In this document: positions 49,301-61,683 of the stretch, piece by piece | How the letters are laid out: the number at the start of each line of letters is the position of its first letter | Numbering within the stretch: the stretch's first letter is position 1 | DNA from: Mobula hypostoma | Lineage: Eukaryota | Reading direction: 5' to 3' | DNA: 64,000 bases | NCBI RefSeq assembly: GCF_963921235.1 | Contig: NC_086104.1 | Coordinates: 149,420,001-149,484,000 of the forward strand | The notes under the pieces: model-generated | What the model was told of the DNA's origin: nothing | Seen by the model: only the letters and a program-made list of their open reading frames with translations | Database searches by the model: none | Program-made: the position numbers and the translations under genes

Positions 49301-52296
49301 ATCAGTAAGCAGGTTACTGGAAAGTAGCTGCTGCTCTTCCGGGATTAAAGTTAATTTTTAAAAAAAAATGTTAAAGATTAGCTTTATTTGTCACATATAT
49401 ATCGAAACCTACAATGAACACACACACAATGCTGGAGGAACTGAGCAAGTCAGGCTGCACCTATGGAAAGGAATAAAGAGTTGGCATTTTGGGCTAAGAC
49501 CCTTCAACAGGACACCACAGGAAAAATGCATTGTTTTGCGTCAAGGCCCAACACGGTCCGAAGATTGTACTGTGGGCAACCTGTAAGTGTCGCCATGCTT
49601 CCAGAGCCAACGTAGCAAGCTTACAGCTTACCAACCCTAACCGGACAACTTTCTGAAGCCATTACACTTTCAATAAATAACTGCTGAACCTCAATAAGTT
49701 GGCTCAAAGGTTCATTTATTAAAGTATGTATGCAATATCCAACTCTGAACTTCTTCTTCTCCAGATAGCCACGAGACAAAGGAAAACCATGGAAGTTAGT
49801 TCAAAGAGGAACAGCAAACTCACCCCCACGCACAAAAAAAGAGAACGGCAACACGATCATTAACAACCCCAAACCCCCCTCCCCCACACGAAACGCAACA
49901 AGGACATCAACCCCCAAAACCCCCCTCCCTCCACACACAATGAAAATGAGAAAGAAGCACACAGAATATAAAAAAACATAAGACTGAAAAAGTCCATAGT
50001 CCAAATCCATAAATGCAGAACCTTGGTAACCTTGTCCAACATCACGGAAATCGAGCGCACATATGTACCCTCTGGGCACAGCGATCGGCCACGCGGGCTC
50101 CTCCTGTGTAGCTGACACAGAATAAAAAGCTCCCGGAGAGTCAAGTGTTTTAAATAACTCCTTTAATTTGTTTTTGAAGTCTTCAGCTGGTGTACAGAGA
50201 AATGGCTTTTCTGTTAAACTTATTTTCTTTATACAATTCTTTGATACAGGTAAATCTAATTTAAAAGGCTTCTCTTCACAACGACGATTTAAAAAAAAAC
50301 CCAAGAGGCATTGGTAAAATTCTAAAAAGCTGTGCAAGAGAGATTTCACTGATTATCAGCATTCTACAGTTTAATATCTAAACAGCCATAGCTTTGAACC
50401 TGATGAGCAGTCAGAGTGCTAAACATTCCTGCTGATGCTTGATACAAGTTCTGTGCAAATGCTGAAGCATTTCTTACAGTGAGATGCTATAAGATTAATA
50501 CAAATCCAAATCAGCTTGTACTCCACCTACCACCCCTTCACTCTCCACTTGCTCTGACAGTGACCATGCCCTTTCTCTCCCACTCCCGCCATCGCCCCTC
50601 CGCTTGTGCATGACCCGTGCTCCCGCCACGCGGGCCTCAATGGCGACACTCTTCCTCATCGTCGATCGTCACTGAGTCTCTGCAAAACAGCCGTTTTGAA
50701 CGGGGGTATCCTGTTATTTGACAGAGCCGTCATCTGTACCCTTAGAGATCTCAGGCACTGACCCGGATTGCTGATTTTAACCCAGAGCGGAGAGGTGCTG
50801 GGCTGATGGAATGTCCAAGCCTACAAGTCTACAGCCACAAGTCCAAGGTGTGCAAAGGAGCTGGGGAGTGTTCATCGTATTATTGCTATAAGTGAACTGT
50901 AGGATCTCTTTCAACTGTATACAATTACCACAGGAGATTTCCCATTTTCCATTCGGGCCTTGCCATTGATCCTTGTACTTTAAGGTTTGTGAATTCTTCT
51001 GAACCCAAAAGAGTCCAGAGGTTTTAATGCAATTGCTTAGCCTGTGAACCCCACCTACATGGAGTCAGGTATAAATTCAGAGGAAATAAAAGCATGATAC
51101 ACAATAAAACGACAGAAAGGCTTACTGTCGATCATCCTTTCCTCGGCTTTATGAAGCAGGGATTCAGCAGGACTTTCCTCGAATGGGAAGGGTGAAAGGC
51201 TTCTCGAGTCACAGCTTTAGGAGACAAATATTCTTTCTTTGTCTCTCTGTATCTGTGCATTCTTTTCATCCAGGTCAGTAAGTGCAGCCCATGGCTAGGT
51301 GTGCTTATTAATCATGGCGAGCAAATGGCCTGACTAATGTCGAGAATCTGGTTTCAAACGGAAGGCTTTCATGCTCTCCAGATTCGGAAATAAAGGATTT
51401 CATTAGTTTGGGGGTGGCGTGGTAGCATAGTGGTTAGCACAACTCTAATATGGTGCCGGCAACTCTGGTTCAATTCCTGCCGCTGTCTTGAAGGAGTTTG
51501 TATGTTCTCCGCGTGGGTTTCCTCCCACATTCCAAGGACGTGGGGGTTAGAAGGTTAATTGGTTACGTGGGTGTAATTGGGCAATGAGGGACAGTGGGCT
51601 GGGACTCTTATTTCAGCTCTCCTTGACCAGTACCACTTATTGCAGCATTTTCTGCCCTCCACCATTAGTGAAGGACACATCACCAGCAGCTCTTTGTATC
51701 TCTAAATAAAAATTAAAAATAAAATAGAAAGCCTTCACCTCTTTGCCTCACAATCAATACTTTCTGTCAATTAGAATAGCTTTGAGCCTTGGTTTAATGC
51801 ATACATGGATTTGCAGTTCCTCCATGACATGGTACAATACTGAACCTTACGCTCTGACAGCCTGTGGCATTTTACTGCCTGCAAACGTCCAACACATTAC
51901 CAGAAGAGGAAGGTGTTCACTTGGTTCGTGCTTCCTCATCTTCTAAACATTCAAAACTTTAACTAGAGGAAATAAATACTGGGGCCTTGAGTTCCCCATT
52001 CAGGGAACAATGAAAGTAGATTAATGAGGTGTGTGTAGATAATCCCATTAGCCTGTGCTAAGTTCCAATGGAACATTTGTGGGTGTTTAGAGGTGTAAAC
52101 ATAAGAGATTCTGCAGATGACAGACATCCACCAGCAACACACACAAAGTGCTGGAGGAACTCAGCAGCATCTATGGTGAGGAATAAACAGTGGACATTTC
52201 GGGCAGAGACCCTTCATCAGGACTGGAAAGAAAGGGGGTAAGATGCGTGCATCTACCATTTCCAAATAATTCTCACTTGCTCACTCATCACCATCA

Positions 52297-52430
52297 GTCC
52301 TGATGAAGGGTCTCGGCCTGAAATGTCGACTGCACCTCTTCCTAGAGATGCTGCCTGGCCTGCTGCGTTCACCAGCAACTTTTATGTGTGTTGCTTGAAA
52401 TTCCAGCATCTGCAGAATTCCTGTTGTTTG
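52297..52430 (+). mobile_element. 134-bp hammerhead-headed Penelope-derived mini-insertion
   Basis: Perfect 11-bp TSD CATCACCATCA (52286-52296 and 52431-52441); the insert starts in hammerhead stem I. Confidence 0.88.
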
Positions 52431-53618
52431 CATCACCATCACTTCACTTTTTTCCCCACTGAAACTAGTAACTCTCCTTGATCAGTATCAATTATTGCAG
52501 TATTTTCTGCCCTCCACCATCAGTGAAGGACACCCCCATCGCCAGCAGCTCTTTGTTGTGTGGCTGCGCAGCGTCAGAAGGCAAAAGCCCTTATATCCCT
52601 GTCAGAAGGTGAAGATGGTGCCACAGCTTGTCCTGAACTAGTGTGTGCTTGTGCATATTCTTTTAGTTCAAATCTCTGAAGCCAGGACTCAATGCAGACC
52701 ATCTAAAGACTGCTTCTCTTTGTGTGGATTAATTCACACAGGCCACGAATAGGGATCTTTCAACATTGTACTGAGGGGTAAAAGCTGATTTCATCTTGGC
52801 TATGGTTGGAGGCTCTTTGAGGAGGTGGGGGAGGATTAAGAAACAACTGCGAACAGACTGCAAGGTGTTGCTCCTGGCTTTCTTACTCCTGCATTCTCCT
52901 TGTCAGTGGTTTGTTATAACTGCCTGCGGTCGTCAGTATTTAATTGAACTGCATCATGGTTTGTAAAGGAGCCAACGTACATGTCCTAGAAATAGGCCAA
53001 TAAGGTGCATTCTGGGAGTACCTTCCAGAGATGCTAGCCCCAGATTGGCTGGGACAGAGTCTTTGTGGAGGAATCAGTGCTTACACCCCGGACACTGCAT
53101 TCAATTAACCAGAGAGAAGCTGCCAGATGTAGGTCTGTGTTAATTGAATAACACAAGGTCTGTTCACTGCTCTAAGTCCAGCAACTTGGCTGCAATGCAG
53201 AAACGTCCACTGCCTTCTTGTGCTTCACAATATGGCATCAACTAAGAGACAGGAACCCACAAGACAGAAGCATCAGGGAAGGACTTAGTAGTCCAGAGAA
53301 AATAATGGGAACAGAAGTCAACTCATTGGCTGCATTGAAGTGATGAATGGATGTCCTTGGTGGAGGAACACACACAGAATGCTGGAGGAAATCAGTTCCT
53401 CCAGCGCTTTGTGTGTGTTGCTTTGGATTTCCGGGATCTGCAGACTTGCTGTATTTTTGTGTCGTCCTTGTGGCTCTGAAGTAACAGGTAAGAGCTCAGC
53501 CTACTCTAAGAGAGGCAGTTGGGCCAATGTCTGTTTCCGCCTGCTATTGGAACCTTGTTTGTTACTGGGGCTTTGCTGATCTTGGAAAATCCAATACTGT
53601 CTGACTTTTAACTGGAGA

Positions 53619-54155
53619 TACACTCAGTGGCCACTTTATTAGGTACACCTGCTCATTAATGTAAATATCTAATCAGCCAATCATGTAGCGTCACTTCAAT
53701 GCAGAAAAGCCTACAGACATGGTCAAGAGGTTCAGATGTTGTTTGGATCAAACAACAGAATGGAAAGAGTTGTGATCAAAGTGATTGCCCGTGGAATGAT
53801 TGTTGGTTGCAGATGAGGTGGTTTGAATATCCTAGAAACTGCTGATCTCCTGGGATTTTCTTGCACACCAGTCTCCAGAATTTACAGAGAATGGTGTGAA
53901 AAAACAAAAAAATGTCCAGTGAGTGGTAGTTTTTGTCTTGTTATTGACAGAGGGCAGAGGAGAATGGCCAGGCTAGTTCAAGCTGATAGGAAGGCGACAG
54001 TAACTCAGATAACCATGCGTTCCAACAGTGGTGCACAGAAGAACATCTCTGAACACACATGTGGAACAATGAAATGGATGGGCTACAGCAGCAGAAGACC
54101 ATGAACATGCTCTCAGTGGCCACTTTATTAGATACAGGAGCCACCTAATAAAGTG
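53619..54155 (+). mobile_element. Tc1/mariner deletion derivative
   Basis: TIR CACTCAGTGGCCACTTTATTAGGTACAC; transposase N-terminal remnant ETADLLGFSCTPVSRIYREWCEK...RRMARLVQADRKATVTQIT. Confidence 0.8.
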
Positions 54156-57100
54156 AAAGTATTTTTGCAATTGTGGTAGACCATAAAAAATAACAATATC
54201 TCACTCAACATTTTTTGCAATTGTGTTGGACAAGTGAAAATAAAATTTTACATTGAGAAATGCCTGTGGTTCAGGGGTCATGATGGTAACCGCCCCAGGC
54301 CCATCTGCATACACCACTGCATGTATCTCTCTGTTGTAGCTCTGAGGGTGATCTGTGATCTCCAAGCAGTCACCTTTCAGAAGAGGATCCTGGAGTCTCA
54401 CCTGCTCTTGTCGGTGAACACAAGAGATCTTACAGTTATAACTCGAGTAGCAGAGGAGTTCTCCATGTTCTGATCTAGCATCAGTCAAACTAAGCGGCCC
54501 AGAGATTTCACCATGGGGCAGAATGCTTTCATTGCCACTCCATGGCCTTTAGATGAAAATCCAGTCATGGTCATCAAAGATAAACATCAATTTTATTCGC
54601 TACATACATTTACACGATATTAGTAATTTGCTGTGGCATGCTGGTCAGGTGGAGGTCACTGGCTGTTTGAATTGACACCAAACAGAGTGCAATGGAAATA
54701 CAATGTTTGTGGGCTCATCTGCAGGGGAAGGGAACATGTTCTTGGACACTGGATCTTCCCTACCCGAGCTGCTTCATTCCTCCAGGATGTCTGGAGGCTC
54801 CTGGTGTCTTTGAAGATCAGCTCCTCTTCTATTCACCTGGCAGGATATGGCATGGGCCAGAGGTGGACATAAACCCTGCCCTTTACAAATCTGCTGCAAA
54901 TTACCAATTTACTGGTGAAAGTGGTGCTGTAAGGTCACACATTCTGCAGGAAACTGGGGCTATCAACATTGCTTATACAAGGTGCACTCCTTGAGGCCCT
55001 AAGGCACATGGTTCATGTGCATCGCAGTATCACTTGCCCACAGACTACTCCTAACCTCATGCTCATCAGCCCCAGAGTCACTTTAATCCTCACATTAAAA
55101 CCAGTCAATAAAAATAACTCTGTTATTTCACCATAAGAAATAGGAGCAGAATTAGGCCATTTGGCCCAACAAGTTTGCTCCACCATTCCATCATGCCCCT
55201 CTCAATCCTATTCTCCTGTCTTCTTCCCATAACATTTAATGCCTTACTAATCACAACCACCTCTCAACTTCTGCTTTAAATAAAATGACTTGGCCTCTGC
55301 AGTCATCTGTGGAAGTGGATTCTGCAGATTCATCACCCTCCAGCTAAAGAAATTCCCCCTCATCTTTGTTCTAAAGGGATGTCTTTGTATTCTGATGCTG
55401 TGTCCTCTGGTCTTAGACTCCTCTGTTGCACTACCTACTCACTAGTGGAGTTTCTGTTTTTGTCTGGTCTAGGAGATCTGTGGGCTCTCCATTCTCAGCA
55501 GTAAGGGATGTTTGAAGCCGTATTGTACAGGTGAGGTCAAGTGGTGCAGTGCCAACTATTTCCAGGAACATCACTCTCATCAAAGGATTGATTCCTTCTG
55601 GACTTCACATCCTTGATGAAGATATGGACTGCATCTGTGTGCCTGTGGGGCCAATGTGTGCTTGCACCTTCACAGATGTGAGCACAATGCAATTCTGTGT
55701 GTTCAGGAGAGGTTCTCCAAGACTCTGTGATAAATGGCCATCTTCAGACTGGTCAAGGAGAAGATCTTTTTTTTCTGGGCATGTAAGAAACCAGCGATGG
55801 ACTTTGCACACACATCCATTACATTGCTGGAGGAGGAATCTGAGCCTGTAGTATTGATTTGCTTGGTTAGATGTTGGAGGCAATTGGAGGCATACCACGT
55901 AGGGTGGAATGTGTGGAAGGTCACGGTGAGGGTCTCACTACTACTCACAAAGATTTTTCTCCCCTCCTCCCCCACATTCTCTGCCATACTTTACACATCA
56001 ACTGGATTACCTCCCCTTCTCAGATGTCTGATTAGATACTCCAAGGCAAATCTCCTTGTTTCAGGTACAATCCCATTATTAGCAACACACGGAAAGCTAG
56101 AGGAACTCAGCAGGCCGGACAGTATTAATGAAGGGAAATGGACAGTCAACATTTTGGGCCCAAGTCCTTCATCTGGTCTAGATCAGTAAATATCTCCCCT
56201 GCTGAGTTCCTACAGCTTTTTGTGTGTTGCTCCTGATTCAAGCATCTGCAGTCTGCATTACTAACAACGTGCGGTGTAGGAAGTCACCTTCCAGAAAGAA
56301 CAGATAATGGGTCTCGGGCAAGCATGACCATACCCGGGCAGCTAACACGGCTGCAATGAAGCCTGTTGATCAGGATTCAATCACAGCTCCCACCTGGGCA
56401 CCGTCGATGAGACAATGCTACGTGGATCAGACATCAGGCTGAGGCTCTACCTGTTCCTGCGGCAGGATCTAAAGGATTCTGTGGTGTTACTTTGAAGTAT
56501 TTCAGGAAGTTCTCCCTTGTGCCCTTGTTAATAGTTAATTCTCCATCGACATCAGTGAAAGATTCATTGATCATTATCATTTTACAGCTTGGGGTGCTTC
56601 CTGTATGTGCACGTTAAAATTGATGTGTTTCCTATTTTACAGTGGTGACACACTTCAAAGGTGCTTGATTGGGTTTGTGGAAGAGGCTACAGTCAGTGCA
56701 AGGCTCTCCTTTCGTCTTTACAGAAGATGTGGCCCACCCTGTTCTGATGGTTGCCCCAATCACTACCTCTTGCCCATTCAGCTGGAGATATCGTCACTGT
56801 GTACCAAGTTTCCCTGCCGCGTGTAGTTATCCATAAACTCTGCTCTCCCTTGATCAGAGTCACCAGTTCAAGCCAATTGGACACAGAGCTCTAATTTAGT
56901 GGAGTTATTGCTTGGGTAATGAATGCCATTTGAGGCAAACAAGTGCAAAATATCAATGTCGTCAGCACTGACAGCCTATATAACAAGCTCAACTTCACGT
57001 TCAAGTCCAGTTTTGCTTTCATCCCCATCGTAAGTGATGTTATTCAGGGGTAGGGCTAATTCTGACAATGGACCTGCCATCTAGGTGTTTGTGAAGCTTC

Positions 57101-58194
57101 CCTGATCCCCATTCCCAGCGAACTTTGCTGGTGCATCACCTATGGACGAGCCCGACCCATGTTACCACTGACCCCCCTCGCTCTGCTCTCTACTTCTCTG
57201 AGGATTGGTACCTTGTTGTGGTGGAGAGACTCTGGAGCTCCTGGGGTCCCATGAGCAATGCCCTCGGGATTTTTAGCTCCTGGTGGGGTCACCTAGGGCG
57301 GTAAGGTCAAGGGGGAGGTACCAGACGAAGAGTGATCCAAGCGAGACCTCAGTAGTGGAGCTGGCAGAAGATGATGACACATCACAAAGCCATTGAAGGC
57401 AGAAGAAGACTGCAACAGTGAAGGATTCCCCAGCTTTCTTGCATTTCACGCCTCTGGACCCTGACCCCGATCTGTCAAGGACCTAGTGGCGTTTGCCTGT
57501 GCTAGAGCCTCCCCACGTTAAATAAAATCACGCAGAGGCAGAATATGAGGATAACTCCTCGGCCTCTGCAGTCACCTGAAGACCCACCATTAGACAACCC
57601 TTTAGGAGAACATCATACTCAACTCGAGGGATCGCAGTACTACTACTTCTCTCTATTTTTTTTTCAGGGACAGCCAGCTCCTACAAAATTACCCGTGGTC
57701 ACACTAGAGGGCAGACACGACCCGTGCCAAGCCTGTTACCATTTACACCTTTTGCACTGCTCTCTAAATTAGAGACAGACAGGTTCTTCAATCCGCCTTG
57801 GCCATGCTGACCAAAGTGCTAATCTAAGCCAGTCCCATCTGCGAAAAGAAATACTGCAGTTATTAAGCTCCCAAGTTCGAAGCAGACACATACCTGCGTG
57901 TTGCTAAACAGGAAGTACTCAAACCAGAGGCCAAAGGAGGAAGGGAGAATGTGGAAACCTCCAGTTAGCTGGACAAATACAGAGGCTGTTGGACAGACAT
58001 TCCTGAGCAAAAAATTCAGCATCCATTCAGGCAAGCAATAGGGTTGATGCCAATGGTAACAGTTAGTCCATATCTATTACCATTGGCATCAGATAATGAT
58101 GCCAATGATTACTTGAAGCAGGGCTCAAGTAATGAGAATTTGCTTTAAGAAAGTTCTTAAGATCTCTTAAGTAGCACGACTGCAGGTTAGTTTC

Positions 58195-58820
58195 AAAACC
58201 ACAAGAGATTCTGCAGATGCTGGAAATCCAAAGCAAAATGCTGGAGAAACTCAGTGGGTCAGGCAGCATCTATGGGATTGAATAAACGGTCGATGTTTTG
58301 GGCCAAGACACTTCTTCAGGGCTGGTAAGGAAGGAGGAAGGAGCCACAATAAAAAGGTAGGGCAGGGAGGGGAAAGAGGATAGTGAGAAGGTGGTAGATG
58401 AAGCCAGGTAGGTGGGAAAGGTAAAGGGCTGGAGAGGAAGGAATCTGATAGGAGAGGGGAGTAGACTCTGGGAGAAAGAGAAGGAGGGGCACCAGGGGGA
58501 GGTGATAGGCAGCTGCTGAGAAGAGGTAAGAAGCCAGAGTGGGGAATAGAAGAGTGAAGAGGGGAAGGGAAAAAATTACCAGAAGGAGAAATCTATGTTC
58601 ATGTCATCAGATTGGAGGCTACCCAAACGGATTATGAGGAGTTGCTCCTCCACCTCATTGTGGCAAAAGAGCAATCCATGGACTGATATGTCAGACAAGG
58701 AATGGGAAGAAGAATTAAAATGTTTGGCCATTGGGAAATTCTGCTTTTGACACTCAACAAAGCAGTCGCCCAATTTATGATGGGTCTCATCAACGTAGAG
58801 GAGGCTGCATCGGGAGTACC
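58195..58820 (-). mobile_element. Older Penelope-like element 3' fragment
   Basis: Degenerate GIY-YIG tail CSLLYVDET..KLGDCF...EEQLLIIRLGSLQSDDMNIDF plus the terminal repeat. Confidence 0.85.
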
Positions 58821-59564
58821 ACATAGAGTAATTGCTTCAAAATTTAAATTCAATACAGTATTTAAAACTTTGGAAATGTAAAGTAGGCAGCAGTAAAAAT
58901 CACCATGAAGCTGTCAGATTATCATAAACATTCGATTGAATCATCAGTGTCCTTTTGGGAAGGAGCTCCTCGTCTTGACCTAACCTACCCAGAAATCTTG
59001 TCGCACACCAATGCAGCCAGCTCTTAACTTTTCCATGGTAATGCTCACTTGCTCAACAGGTGTGACCTGCCTTGCCCATATTTCGATAAAGAATGATAAA
59101 ATTCCTTTCAGAATGGGAGTGGCATATTAACCACCCAGTCTAAGGGACTGTGAATGGGGCTTAATCATCAAGCAGTGTTTGTAACATGCCAGACAGTCCG
59201 GAACAAGCAGTCATGTGTCGCAAGGTTGGGATTTAGAGGGCATCACAACTTGTGTTTCGAAGCCCGTGCTGCTGGTGATGAACAGTACTGGGGAACCTGA
59301 AGTAATAACTATAACAGATTTTGAGAGACAACGCCAAACTGAAAAATAGGCTCATGTTTAAAAAAAAATAAGAATTCTTGCAGTTATGAAGTATTTATGT
59401 TGAATGTCCTGCATGCTGCAAAAGTGCAGAAATGTTGCTCAGAGTAGGTTAACCGAGTGGCTGAACAGGGGAAATTAAACCTCCCGTGCTCAGTTCGTAT
59501 GAGATCAAAAACTGACACGGTCTGGTCCAGTACTGAGCAGGCTTTAGGGTAAGGGTTCACAGAG

Positions 59565-60252
59565 ACTCACACGGTGGCTCTTTACTGTTTAATACGTACA
59601 TCGAACATAGAAAGCTGCCCTCTTCTGGAGTAGGACGATATTCAAACCAAACACAAATCTCAACAGAAAAAGAAATTCTTTAAAAAAATAGAGAAACAGA
59701 ATTTAAAAGCCGCAAAGCACAATTTGTCCTCTAAGGATTAGCGGTGAGCGAGCAAATGGTGGGATGGGGAGGAGGGACAGGAAAGCATTAATGCAAACTA
59801 AAGTTGTCTTTTAGACAGCTGGTCTGGTACCTACCCTGACAGCTGTTGTGTATATTGCAGTGCATTGCTGTTTTTGCATAGTATTAAGTTAACCACAGAC
59901 AGCAAAACAACTGTATTGGAAACTCCACTCGCTAGTTAAAACCCAATTAAAAACATGAGCGGTAAAGCGACTGAATTTTGTTTTGATATTGCTGTTCGGA
60001 TGCGGCCCTGGTTGCAGGGCGTTCTTCCGGCTTATTCTGTTGGTGGCGTGCCTCCCAGCTTTGTGCCAATGGTAATCATTCAGTCCTTTAGGCGGTACAA
60101 TAGAGTACATGCTTTGGCAGTCAATCATGCTAATTGATAATAGTAACTCTCTTATAGAAATCATGCCTGTAGCCTAATGTAAAGTCTTTTTCTCTCACAG
60201 CCCCCAGTCTGTCTGCTTCCTCCTCTCAAGGCCGTGTTGTAGTTACAGTATC
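59565..60252 (-). other. Candidate terminal exon/3' UTR of an unidentified upstream gene
   Basis: Strong acceptor TCTCCCTCTTTGTTTTTCAG|G at 60252, non-repetitive UTR-like sequence, ATTAAA at 59588-59593; no recognisable peptide. Confidence 0.3.
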
Positions 60253-60299
60253 CTGAAAAACAAAGAGGGAGAATTAGCGGATGGGATTAAGCTGGGAAA

Positions 60300-60975
60300 T
60301 AAAAACTGGGCTGATTCGTTCTCTGATCTTGGCAATCTGCTTGCAAACATCTCGTCACTGTATGAGGGGGTATCATCAGTGCATCGTTGACTGTGGTGTA
60401 TCGTACGAATGCTTGGCCTTTATATATGTACAAATCCGCTGATTGGTTGTCATTACGGAAACTCAGTGGTGGCATAGGGAGGGGGTCTTGTCGCTGATTG
60501 GTCACGGGGCGAACTCTGTGCGTTGTCTGGAATTTTGGTCGCATTGGCTTATAAGTGGGATCACAGTCTGTGCGTCTGTTTATAGAATTGTTTGCGGAAG
60601 ACCACGCTTCTAGGAATTCTCTTGCGTGCCGTGTGTTTGCTTGCGCCATGACTTCCTGCAAACAATTCCATAAACAGACATGTAGACCTCGGTCTCATTT
60701 ATAATCAACGTGGCCACAATTTTAGACAATGCACAGTGTTCGCCACCCAACCAATCAGCGACAAGATCCCCTCCCTATGTCATCACTGAGTTTTCGTAAT
60801 GACGACCAATCAGCTGATTGATAAGTATATAAGGGCCAAACATTCGGAGGACACGCTGCGATCAACAGTGTACTGACATCTCCTAGTATGATGATGAAAT
60901 GTTTACAAATGGATTGCCGAGATTGGAGAACAACTCAACCCAGCCATCAACCACCCGAGCTACACATCTTCCGAG
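60300..60975. mobile_element. Second Penelope-like family, fold-back fragment
   Basis: GIY-YIG C-terminus AREFLEAWSS.NSINR..D.DP.Y on minus; inverted arms at about 60305-60595 and 60658-60945. Confidence 0.8.
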
Positions 60976-61235
60976 TTATATCCAAATAAAATCTGATTTA
61001 GTCACTCCATATGCAAGCCCATGCATGGTTTGATGAAAGTGTGTAAACTTCCACTGGTGTTAGACGTCAACACTCCTCAGTTCAAAGAAGTTTTAAACCT
61101 AATTAAATGTGTTTATTAAGAGAATTTAAACTAATGAAAGAGTTGGCAAAGGAATGGCTATGTTTATATCAGTTCCCTCCTTAATTTGTAGATGTACCTT
61201 TTCTTGAAGTTATCCACAGCTCAACATTGCTCAAC

Positions 61236-61683
61236 AGTTCGAAAGATTGGAGTGACTGGGCTTGTATACTCTGGAATTTAGAAGGCTGAGAGGGGATCTT
61301 ATTGAAACATGTAAGATTATTAAGGGATTGGACACGCTGGAGGCGGGAAGCATGTTCCCGCTGATGGGTGAGCCCAGAACCAGAGGCCACAGTTTAAGAA
61401 TAAGGGGTAGGCCATTTAGAACGGAGCTGAGGAAAAACTTTTTCACCCAGAGAGTGGTGGATATATGGAATGCTCTGCCCCAGAAGGCTGTGGAGGCCAA
61501 GTCCCTGGATGCTTTCAAGAAAGAGATGGATAGAGCTATTAACGACAGCGGAATCAAAGGTTATGGGGATAAGGCAGGAAAAGGGTACTAATTGTGGATG
61601 ATCAGCCATGATCACAGTAAATGGCGGTGCTGGCTCGAAGGACCGAATGGCCTACTCCTGCACCTATTGTCTATTGTCTATTA
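61236..61683 (+). mobile_element. CR1 LINE 3' fragment
   Basis: Same family as 2608-3060; (CTATTGT)n tail. Confidence 0.92.

Noticed and set aside
49801-50349. 182-aa minus-strand ORF
   Set aside because: No recognisable domain; its C-terminal half runs through repeat-like low-complexity sequence.
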